Assembly: GCA_041661425.1 (NCBI GenBank)
Contig: JBAZUI010000001.1
Coordinates: forward strand, 8,507-72,506
DNA: 64,000 bases
Direction of reading: 5' to 3'
From: Patescibacteria group bacterium
GTDB taxonomy: Bacteria > Patescibacteriota > Patescibacteriia > UBA9934
In this document: one piece after another, positions 54,272-62,004 of the stretch
Position numbering within the stretch: position 1 is the stretch's first letter
Layout: each line of letters starts with the position of its first letter
Notes under the pieces: model-generated
The model's database searches: none
The model's input: the letters and a program-made list of their open reading frames with translations, nothing else
Told to the model about the DNA's origin: nothing
Translations under genes and position numbers: made by a program

Positions 54272-55997
54272 AGGTTGGATATAATATCTCTATTGTACCT
54301 CGTTCTGGAAGTTGGTCGAGGGTTTCTGAAAGATGAGTGAATTGCTCTTGAGTGAAAAAACCCTTTGCGAGATGTTGTTCTTCTCGGAAGTAGCGTGAGT
54401 TTTGACCAAGTGCCGGCAGAAGCGTTGGCGCCAGGCGAACCTCGATGGTGCTTGGTGGAAGCCCGTACTGAGCACGGGTGTTTTTGATTTCTTCGATAAC
54501 CGTTTGAGTCTTCACGAGCGATTTAACCGCGTCACTCATCCAGGTTTGAATGAAGAGTGGCGTTTTTTGATAACCCGCAAAGTGCATGAGCCGATGGAGT
54601 CTTGCGGCCGCGAGCTCACGACTTCGATAATCAGGCTGATTGAGGTGATAATCAAATGTGAGATCAGCGATGAGTCCCCAAGAACGATCAAATGGAAGGG
54701 CGAAGGAATCAAAGTGATAATCAGTCACGAGAAGAATGCTTGCCCCGGGCTCTTGAATATCTTTATCGATGATCCCGATTTTTATTTCGGGAAACGCTTT
54801 TTCAAGACGTCGCTTCATGACTTTGTTCCCAATTCCTTTCTCGAAAAAGAGAGATTTGCCACAAAACGGACAGCTCGTTGGGAGCGAAAAGCTCTTGAGA
54901 CATTGCGGACATCGCATTCCAGAATCCGTGCATTCCGGAGTGGCTTCGCAGATCGGGCAACTGGGAATCGCCTTACAATGCTCACATTGCAGATATTTGG
55001 CATTTCCTTTGCGATTGAACGAAAGTAACACGGTTTTTTGCCCTTGTAAAGCCTCTTTAATGGCGTTGTAGAGCGTTTCAGAGAGCCCGGGGGTATTTCC
55101 ATGCTCATCCTGATGTTTGAGGTCAATAATCGTTGGTTTTTGAGGGGGATCTTCAAGAAACGAATGAAACTCTCTTCCGATTCGTGGAAAAGCGCCGGAA
55201 GCGTGACATTCCGCTTTCCAAGCCTTTGCGAGCATCTCTCCTGCCAAACGCACATCGAATCGTGGATTGCGATCAATGAGATCATATTCTCGGCTTGAGA
55301 GATCGTGGATGTGAACGATGGAAAGATCGTGGGCCGGCAAAAGCGAGGCTTGTCGATTTCCAATAAGGGTTCGAATATCTCCATGACGCCATCCGGCAAT
55401 GATGGATTCGCGGTGTGTTCCTTTTGTGTGTCCGGTGAGCACCGCAACTCCAGGACCGAGTGGAATTCGTTCCGCCAGCATTTCAGCGGTTCGCTCTCGG
55501 GGAACAAGAACGAGAAGTTGTCCTTTTGTTTTTTTTCGGAGAAGCCCGGAAAAAATCATTTCACCCTCCTGCGATGTCTCAAAAAAAGAGCCTGTGGTGG
55601 CGGCGGCCGATTGAGCAAGGCGAACGCTTTCACGCGAAAAAAGTGAAGAGATTCTTTTTTTCTGGATAAACGGGCTTGCCTTCTTTGCGCGAGCCGCATA
55701 TCCCATACAGGCGGTATAGAGAATGGTTGAAGGAGATTGGAAAATGAGTTGTGCTAACTTTTCGTAACGTATCAAATCAGCGTTCGAGAGAAAATTTGAT
55801 TCAATAAGCTCCTCGAGTGGAATCAAACGGTGTGTTGATGTCGAGACCAAACTTCGGACAATTCCCAAAGAACGATGCCCGCGAAAGCTCACCCGCACCA
55901 AATCACCGATGCCGATCTGCAGGCCTTCGGGAATTGCATAATCAAAAAAATCGAACCTCCTTGGAAGCCGGCGAATGAGGTAAACCTCGGCGACCAT
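54228..55997 (-). CDS. priA: primosomal protein N' (PriA)-like, with apparently degenerate helicase motifs
   Basis: PriA N-terminal 3'BD-like region and the characteristic double zinc-binding Cys cluster (CEHCKAIPSCPIC...CPQC...CPFCG). No canonical GxGKT Walker A or DEEH box was recognised by eye. Confidence 0.6.
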   Translation of the reverse strand: MVAEVYLIRRLPRRFDFFDYAIPEGLQIGIGDLVRVSFRGHRSLGIVRSLVSTSTHRLIPLEELIESNFLSNADLIRYEKLAQLIFQSPSTILYTACMGYAARAKKASPFIQKKRISSLFSRESVRLAQSAAATTGSFFETSQEGEMIFSGLLRKKTKGQLLVLVPRERTAEMLAERIPLGPGVAVLTGHTKGTHRESIIAGWRHGDIRTLIGNRQASLLPAHDLSIVHIHDLSSREYDLIDRNPRFDVRLAGEMLAKAWKAECHASGAFPRIGREFHSFLEDPPQKPTIIDLKHQDEHGNTPGLSETLYNAIKEALQGQKTVLLSFNRKGNAKYLQCEHCKAIPSCPICEATPECTDSGMRCPQCLKSFSLPTSCPFCGKSLFFEKGIGNKVMKRRLEKAFPEIKIGIIDKDIQEPGASILLVTDYHFDSFALPFDRSWGLIADLTFDYHLNQPDYRSRELAAARLHRLMHFAGYQKTPLFIQTWMSDAVKSLVKTQTVIEEIKNTRAQYGLPPSTIEVRLAPTLLPALGQNSRYFREEQHLAKGFFTQEQFTHLSETLDQLPERGTIEILYPTYDSPGSPSSQSPAS

Positions 55998-55998
55998 A

Positions 55999-56793
55999 TC
56001 AATTGATTTGGAAATTCACGACAAGATACCCGACTCCGAATGGAGCTTCGTAGGAAAGAATTCTTGGATGCCCACTCATGCGTTCGATGATGCCAAGAAG
56101 TAAGGCGAGCGGTTTTGAAATTTCTTCCTCGGCTTTTTCAAAAAGCGATGATTCCATTTGCAAAAGGCCGGCGGAATTTTTGGTGACAATGAGCTCCTGA
56201 ATTTTTTTATCAAACATGTCACCCTCAGGCGCGAATCCGGAAGGTGAGGTCGACGTGAGGGCATGCGAAAGATCTCCCGAGGCAATAACCGCGATTCGAT
56301 GATCGGAGTCGAGAATCAAATCCTTAAGCGTTGCGCCGAGTGCATAGTGATCCTTGAGGCTCAAATCTTTTGCATAGGACATGGGAAAGAGGTGAACATC
56401 GGAAAGATGTTCGGTGAGGAGAAGAAGCGGGACCGCGGCCGCATAATGAAGCGCTTCATCGCTCGTGAGCGTGAGAGGGATTTTTTGATAGCGAAGCGCT
56501 CGTTGAACGCGATCGATTAAAAGAAAATCAGGATGAAACGTTTGATGATGAGAGAGATCTCCAAATTCGCGAAGATCAAGCTTGAATGGGTCGCAGAGAT
56601 TGATGGAGAATGCATCTGCGTACATGGTTGGGTGTTTGGAAAAAAGAAGAATCGTCTCGGGTTTTGCGGCATAGAGTTCTTCCGCGAGTTCGGCCATGGC
56701 AATGCGCGTTTGCGAAACCGCGCCGATTTTTTCGGTGTTCACGGAAGGGAGAAGCAATGGGGAATGGGGGGTGAGCCCCGCAAAAACCAACAT
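55999..56793 (-). CDS. Memo/LigB-like (class III extradiol dioxygenase-fold; AmmeMemoRadiSam system protein B-like) protein
   Basis: Size and the N-terminal H-rich pattern (LTPHSP...) resemble the Memo1/LigB fold. Weak, from memory only. Confidence 0.35.
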   Translation of the reverse strand: MLVFAGLTPHSPLLLPSVNTEKIGAVSQTRIAMAELAEELYAAKPETILLFSKHPTMYADAFSINLCDPFKLDLREFGDLSHHQTFHPDFLLIDRVQRALRYQKIPLTLTSDEALHYAAAVPLLLLTEHLSDVHLFPMSYAKDLSLKDHYALGATLKDLILDSDHRIAVIASGDLSHALTSTSPSGFAPEGDMFDKKIQELIVTKNSAGLLQMESSLFEKAEEEISKPLALLLGIIERMSGHPRILSYEAPFGVGYLVVNFQIN

Positions 56794-56794
56794 A

Positions 56795-58171
56795 TTATTC
56801 CATCACGTCCTTGAGGTCGAGTCCAATTGGAAGAAGCGCAAGAGTTTCTGGGGCAACATCGATGACATCGCCAAACGACCATCCATATGAATTGAAGACT
56901 TGCTCCGTGGTAATGGGTCGCAATTTTTCTTCCGAGACAATATAGACAACCGGGCTATCCGTTGCTTTCACAAGATACCCATCAGCGAAGAGAAGCGGTT
57001 CACCCTCTTTGTACTGCTCAACTACCGCTGGTTCAACACGCACGATCGTGGGGGACTGCCAGCGAGAATGAATGATCGCTTCATCGACAATCGCATGGCG
57101 GATTCCGTTCTCAACATAGAAGTAGGCTCCGTTTGTCGTGAGTTGCATGAGTGCTCCTTGTGGATAGGCGGTTGTGGCGGTGATATCCTCACCGATTTCG
57201 AAATTGCCAAGTTCATCGTTTGTGATTTGGATAATTTCGTCTTCGGAATAGCCGATTGATTGGAACGTCTCTTGGGAATCAATCTGGCGGAGCGTGTCAT
57301 CCACTAAAAGATAAATGTTGTCACCTTCATCTTTTAACAAAGAATAATTCGGGAAATCAATTGGTTTTCCATCGGGGTAACTCGCAAGAACCGTTCGTGA
57401 TACTTCAATCAAACGATCTTCGTCGAAACGTGACGTAAATGCGCTCCAACTGTGGATCGGGCGTTTGTAGCCATATTCAATAAGATAAATTCCGGATTCT
57501 CCAGCCACTTGTAAGAGCGAACCCGTCGGGTACTGCAAACTAAACCAACGATTCCAAATTTCGGCAAAGTTTTCATTGCCATGAAGATGCGGGGTATAAG
57601 CATAAAGGGAAGCGGTTGCGGCATTGGCCGGAGTCACGACCGTATCGTCAATGACAATCGAAATTCCCGGTCCGTATTTTCCATACGTCACCCCCATGCT
57701 CTCGATATCCTCAAGATAGCCATCGCGCACTTGCGCGGCTGCGGAATTGACTTGTTTTCCAAATCCCTGCCAGCGCATCACATACGGATCATTTTTTGAA
57801 CAATCATCGCACACGGCATAACCCGTTGCCCAATCAAGCTGATTTTGCGTTGGGTCATCATCCTCAACAAGACTTTGTTCTTTTTGCAAAAGCACAAGAA
57901 GAAATTTTTGACTGATTCCATACGCCTGGGCCGCGCGATCAATAATATCGGTTGCCGTCCGCATCACTCCGTCCGCATCTGTTGTCACATAACTCCCAAG
58001 ATATCCGCGATCGAGAAATGCTTGAATCTGATTACGATCAAGAGCAAAAGGATTCTCGAGCTCATCATCGGAAAGAATATAGTTTGGATCAAACTCGAAG
58101 GCAAATGCCGAGCAGGGGATTGCCGCAACAATTCCCAGCGCCAAAATAAGTGAAATCTTGTGGATATTCAT
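56795..58171 (-). CDS. hypothetical secreted protein (458 aa)
   Basis: Clear signal peptide (MNIHKISLILALGIVAAIPCSAFA); no recognisable family. Confidence 0.5.
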   Translation of the reverse strand: MNIHKISLILALGIVAAIPCSAFAFEFDPNYILSDDELENPFALDRNQIQAFLDRGYLGSYVTTDADGVMRTATDIIDRAAQAYGISQKFLLVLLQKEQSLVEDDDPTQNQLDWATGYAVCDDCSKNDPYVMRWQGFGKQVNSAAAQVRDGYLEDIESMGVTYGKYGPGISIVIDDTVVTPANAATASLYAYTPHLHGNENFAEIWNRWFSLQYPTGSLLQVAGESGIYLIEYGYKRPIHSWSAFTSRFDEDRLIEVSRTVLASYPDGKPIDFPNYSLLKDEGDNIYLLVDDTLRQIDSQETFQSIGYSEDEIIQITNDELGNFEIGEDITATTAYPQGALMQLTTNGAYFYVENGIRHAIVDEAIIHSRWQSPTIVRVEPAVVEQYKEGEPLLFADGYLVKATDSPVVYIVSEEKLRPITTEQVFNSYGWSFGDVIDVAPETLALLPIGLDLKDVME

Positions 58172-58249
58172 ACGAGCAGATTATAGCATTTCCTATTCCT
58201 ATATATAAGAGGAGCTAGATTGAAAATCGCTTAAATAAGCAAAATAACC

Positions 58250-58278
58250 TTGACAAAAGGCCGATTTTATGGTATACT
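58250..58278 (+). promoter_or_regulatory. strong sigma70 promoter TTGACA-17-TGgTATACT (extended -10)
   Basis: Perfect -35, 17-nt spacer, extended TG and a near-consensus -10; drives the 41-aa peptide gene. Confidence 0.6.
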
Positions 58279-58327
58279 AATACTTGTATCAGGCAATCCC
58301 GCCTGAATCCCCGCCGGAGGACTTCCC

Positions 58328-58453
58328 ATGTCCACCCGCCCCAACAATGCCCCTTTTGGCCTTGCGAATGATATCGCGGGGCACCTCCTTTTTTCCGCCG
58401 CCGGCCTCACGCTGGCGGTCCTCATCCTTCTCTGCATGGGCACCCCTTACTAG
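58328..58453 (+). CDS. GC-rich hydrophobic micro-peptide (41 aa, one TM helix)
   Basis: GGAGGA 6 nt upstream of the ATG. Peptide MSTRPNNAPFGLANDIAGHLLFSAAGLTLAVLILLCMGTPY. Sits between a strong promoter and a hairpin terminator. Confidence 0.5.
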   Translation: MSTRPNNAPFGLANDIAGHLLFSAAGLTLAVLILLCMGTPY

Positions 58454-58472
58454 TCCATGCAGATCTCCTCGA

Positions 58473-58500
58473 CCCGCAGGCCACTTGGTTCTGCGGGTTT
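58473..58500. terminator. hairpin terminator CCCGCAG...CTGCGGG + TTT (shared by convergent genes)
   Basis: 7-bp GC stem followed by a T-run. Confidence 0.5.
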
Positions 58501-58753
58501 AGCGTTTATAAGCTGAAAGAAAATTATAGAGCCAAGCAAACACCGCACAACCTGCTGCGGCATCCACAAATCCCCAGACCGCGCCGACAATGGCGCCAAC
58601 CGGCCCGGGCACATAGCCGATATAGACCGAGGACATGAGCTCGACCAAGGCCTCGCCATAATGGAGGTACATAGCCAAGAGGGCAAGAACAAAAGAAGCG
58701 AACGACCATAAAATGTCGCCGCTTAATGCGAACGCTTTTACATTGATTGTCAT
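58499..58753 (-). CDS. hypothetical small membrane protein (84 aa, 2-3 TM)
   Basis: Hydrophobic, with Gly-rich helices (GPVGAIVGAVWGF). ORF only. Confidence 0.4.
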   Translation of the reverse strand: MTINVKAFALSGDILWSFASFVLALLAMYLHYGEALVELMSSVYIGYVPGPVGAIVGAVWGFVDAAAGCAVFAWLYNFLSAYKR

Positions 58754-58767
58754 ATAGCTGAATTATA

Positions 58768-60069
58768 TCAAATCGATTTCAATTCCTCTCGCACCACAAT
58801 GCGATCATCCCAATTTGATTTTTTTCCACCAATTACAATGGATTGCTCCGCGCCTTTTCCAGTGATAAGAATAATATCGTCCTTTTTTGCGAGCGAGAGC
58901 GCCTTGCGGATTCCCATGCGCCGATCCTCGATCACGAACAAATTTTCATTTCGAATTTTCCCGAATTTTTCTGCGACGACCGCAATGTCCTCGGCGATTT
59001 CCGTGGGATCATCTTCGTACGGATCAACATTGCTTACCACCACAAAATCCGCCATCGTGGCTGAGAGCTCACCCATGATTGGGCGTTTTGCTTTATCGCG
59101 TCCGCCACCTTCGGCCCCGAGGAGAATGATCGTCCTTGCGCCTGGTTTCTTCATGGCATTCGCGGTTTGCAAAACATGAGTGATACTTTGTTTTTCGTGT
59201 GCATAATCAACAATCACGGTAAAATCTTGCCCTTCATGGATGGTTTCCATGCGCCCGGGAATGAGGCGCAATCCCAAAAGACCGTGAGCGATTTTTTCAT
59301 CATCGATTCCGGCGAGGCGGCCAATAACCACGGCCGGCAGGGCATTTGAAACATTGAATTTTCCAAGAATGCCAAGCGTGATTTTTTTTTCGCCAAGATT
59401 GAATGAAACGCCCGAAGGTGTTTCCTCGATTTCATCCGCCCGATAATCCGCTTTTGCCTCGAGCGCATAGGTGATTTTTTTGTCCGCTGAAAAATTCAAA
59501 AAGTATTCAGCATGCTCACTATCGGCGTTTGCAATAATCACTTTTTCAATACGCTTCCCGTTGATGTTCTTTTCGTGAGTGGTGAGAGTGGCGAACATTT
59601 TTCCTTTCATGGCTTTGTATTTCTCAAAACTTCCACCGTGCGAAGGCAGATGTTCCGGAGTCAAATTTGTAAAAACGCCAATGTCATAATAAACGCCTGT
59701 CTGACGATATTGCTTTAATCCTTCCGAAGTTGTTTCGACAACGCAATAGGTACAACCCGCTTTTACCATCTGCGCCAGAAACTTTTGAATAACCCATCGC
59801 CCCGGCATAGTCATGTGATACTCGTTCATCATCTCTGTTTTTCCAATCCGAATATTTGCCGTGCTCACAATTCCGGTTTCCAGCCCACCAGCCATAAGGA
59901 CGGACCAGATAAAATTCGCGGTAGATGTTTTTCCTTTTGTTCCGGTGACGCCAATCACGATCATTTTCTTGGACGGAAATCCATAAAAAATCGCGGCCGT
60001 CATGGAGACGCAATAATGATAACCAAGAATTAATCGCTCAGGGATGATTTTCTTTAATAGCTTTTTCAT
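58768..60069 (-). CDS. Mur ligase-family protein (MurE-like)
   Basis: P-loop GVTGTKGKTST, Mur ligase middle-domain motifs (TTSEG, TNLTPEHL) and a C-terminal domain. Confidence 0.75.
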   Translation of the reverse strand: MKKLLKKIIPERLILGYHYCVSMTAAIFYGFPSKKMIVIGVTGTKGKTSTANFIWSVLMAGGLETGIVSTANIRIGKTEMMNEYHMTMPGRWVIQKFLAQMVKAGCTYCVVETTSEGLKQYRQTGVYYDIGVFTNLTPEHLPSHGGSFEKYKAMKGKMFATLTTHEKNINGKRIEKVIIANADSEHAEYFLNFSADKKITYALEAKADYRADEIEETPSGVSFNLGEKKITLGILGKFNVSNALPAVVIGRLAGIDDEKIAHGLLGLRLIPGRMETIHEGQDFTVIVDYAHEKQSITHVLQTANAMKKPGARTIILLGAEGGGRDKAKRPIMGELSATMADFVVVSNVDPYEDDPTEIAEDIAVVAEKFGKIRNENLFVIEDRRMGIRKALSLAKKDDIILITGKGAEQSIVIGGKKSNWDDRIVVREELKSI

Positions 60070-60145
60070 ACCTGGGAATTTTAGCAGTTTGGAGCGATTT
60101 GTTCAAAAATCGTTTGCGAAAAAAAATACCCGAGGAATGCTCTGG

Positions 60146-60164
60146 TATTTTTGGTGGACCTTAA
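60146..60164. repeat. direct repeat duplicating the 3' end of tRNA-Ala (tggtggaccttaagggatt)
   Basis: 19-20 nt exact match to 60339-60357; a structured GC-rich ~175-bp segment lies between the copies. Confidence 0.6.
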
Positions 60165-60338
60165 GGGATTTGGCTTCGGCTCTCGTGTCGCCGTCGCTCC
60201 ACTCGGCCTAGCCACCGCCTCGCCATTCCGCCTGCTGGCGGAATAGGGCTCCGGCGTTCGAATCCCCCCGCAAGCCAAATTATTGGCTTGCTCGAAATAC
60301 CAACCCACAAGACTCCAAATTTTTGAAACGCTGTGGGT

Positions 60339-60414
60339 TGGTGGACCTTAAGGGATTCGAACCCTTGACCTCTTCCATGCCATGGAAGCGCTCTAGCCAA
60401 CTGAGCTAAAGGCC
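60339..60414 (-). tRNA. tRNA-Ala (anticodon GGC)
   Basis: Reverse complement GGGCCTT-TA-GCTC-AGTTGGCTA-GAGC-G-CTTCC-ATGGCAT-GGAAG-AGGTC-AAGGG-TTCGAAT-CCCTT-AAGGTCC-A-CCA folds into a canonical cloverleaf. Confidence 0.8.
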
Positions 60415-60487
60415 CTTACCGCGAAAGAATAATAGTAAAAAACGTTCTTTTTGTAAAGAAGGGCATCTTGAGATAAAATAGAGACCT

Positions 60488-60817
60488 ATGAATTTCTCCG
60501 AATATCAAGAAAAGTCACGAAAAACCGCTCTTTACCCCGATCTTGGAAAGAATTTTATTTATCCAACGCTTGGACTTTGCGGAGAAAGCGGTGAGATTGC
60601 GGAGAAGGTCAAGAAAATTATCCGCGATGAAGGTGGAGTGATTACGGAAGAGAAGCGCGTAGAACTTAAAAAAGAATTTGGTGATGTACTCTGGTACTTG
60701 GCGCAACTTGCCACGGAATTCGGGATGGATTTTGATGATGTTGCCTTAACGAATATTGAAAAGCTGAAATCACGCATGGACCGCAATCAAATCTACGGAA
60801 GTGGGGATAATCGATAA
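60488..60817 (+). CDS. MazG-like nucleoside triphosphate pyrophosphohydrolase (small all-alpha NTP-PPase)
   Basis: GLCGESGEIAEKVKK...EELGDVLWYLAQLA is the MazG/HisE-like EExxE metal-binding signature. Confidence 0.7.
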   Translation: MNFSEYQEKSRKTALYPDLGKNFIYPTLGLCGESGEIAEKVKKIIRDEGGVITEEKRVELKKEFGDVLWYLAQLATEFGMDFDDVALTNIEKLKSRMDRNQIYGSGDNR

Positions 60818-60826
60818 GTCAAAGTT

Positions 60827-60850
60827 AAAATCGGCCCGTGGGCCGATTTT
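60827..60850. terminator. bidirectional terminator AAAATCGGCCC-GTG-GGCCGATTTT
   Basis: Perfect 11-bp stem flanked by A/T runs between convergent genes. Confidence 0.7.
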
Positions 60851-61340
60851 ATCGTTGAAGAATAGAGTCAATAATTTCGTGGGCTCTCGTTTTTATTCGA
60901 TTGAATGTTGAAACAATTACTGGCGTACGATCGTTCGTCCGAATATCGAAGGCATTTGGTTCTGTTGCATTTGGGTAGATCTTTTCCACGGCAGCCCCCG
61001 GTGGGGTATAAAATTTTTGAACGGTTATTGGCGTGCGCTCCGTTGTCGCCCCTGGTGGGGTATAGAAAGGATCGTCTGCTACTTGAACCTCATCAAGAAT
61101 TTTTTTTCGCTCTGCATCGCCCGATGCAGCATTCTGATTCATAACGCGATGCATTTCTTCTTCTTGCGCCCGCGTTCTTGCTGTTTCTTGTGCGGTAAAT
61201 TCACGCGCCTCTTTTTTGTCTTTTTGTTTATCTCTTTCAAGAATTGGCGGGGAATATTCCATACCTCGATGCCCGGGATCCGGCTGACTCATGCGTTCTT
61301 CACCATTGGGTAACTTATAGATGAATCTCATATTGATCAA
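60849..61340 (-). CDS. hypothetical protein with a tandem FYTPPGA repeat
   Basis: ORF; internal tandem repeat PFYTPPGATTERTPITVQKFYTPPGAAVEKIYP. Confidence 0.4.
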   Translation of the reverse strand: MINMRFIYKLPNGEERMSQPDPGHRGMEYSPPILERDKQKDKKEAREFTAQETARTRAQEEEMHRVMNQNAASGDAERKKILDEVQVADDPFYTPPGATTERTPITVQKFYTPPGAAVEKIYPNATEPNAFDIRTNDRTPVIVSTFNRIKTRAHEIIDSILQR

Positions 61341-61955
61341 CTATTCTAGGCCTAAAAAATTTCGAATTCCGCTTCGTGCTCGTTGAACAAACGAAGGAAT
61401 TTTGATTTCTTCTGTCGTAGGTTCTTCTTTTTCATCTTCGATTACCGGCTCCGCATCATAGTCGAGGGCGCGATCTGCTCGAAGCGCATCTGGATCCTGA
61501 TAGCGTTCATCCGATGGATCATTGGCAAGTTTATTTATTTTTAATCGTTTTTGTTCTTTTTTATCAGATTTGAGTAACCGTCGAAGCATTTCTGCTGTTA
61601 TTTCGTAGGTGGCATCAACAGGCTGATTCCGTGCAATGGCTTCCAAAAACGCATCGACGTCTTCCGGGATAGGGTCGTGTTCCCGCATTGTTAGTAAATA
61701 ATTTTCTAACTTTTTTTTAAGCGATTCTTTATCGGCCTGAACTTCAGCCTCACTCCTCGCTGACCCTTCCATTCTCATGGCTTGCGCATGCTCCTCGTCC
61801 ATTGATTTCTTAAACCCGTAACGCGCTTCTAGTTGTTCTTGAATGCGTTTTGAACGATCTTCCGCGTTTTCCGCTGAGTGCGTTTCTTGAATCCTTGACG
61901 TTTGACGCTCACTCTCGGCAGGCGATATCCGCTCATTTTCTAAACGTAAATTCAT
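61341..61955 (-). CDS. hypothetical charged/coiled-coil-like protein
   Basis: ORF rich in E/K/R; no recognisable family. Confidence 0.4.
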   Translation of the reverse strand: MNLRLENERISPAESERQTSRIQETHSAENAEDRSKRIQEQLEARYGFKKSMDEEHAQAMRMEGSARSEAEVQADKESLKKKLENYLLTMREHDPIPEDVDAFLEAIARNQPVDATYEITAEMLRRLLKSDKKEQKRLKINKLANDPSDERYQDPDALRADRALDYDAEPVIEDEKEEPTTEEIKIPSFVQRARSGIRNFLGLE

Positions 61956-62004
61956 ATGAATCTATTGTGCCGTAGGACCGAAAATGAGGCAAGAAGGCCT
62001 GTTC

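Noticed and set aside
58284-58502. 72-aa Pro-rich ORF overlapping the 41-aa peptide
   Set aside because: It needs a TTG start inside the promoter region, has no SD, and is in a different frame from the RBS-preceded ATG at 58328.
60146-60338. Possible tmRNA or second tRNA in the segment between the tRNA-Ala repeats
   Set aside because: The 3' end mimics the tRNA-Ala acceptor, but there is no T-arm, no resume codon or tag ORF, and a real tRNA-Ala occupies the position where a tmRNA body would lie. I could not build a cloverleaf from the internal TTCGAATCC-like motifs.
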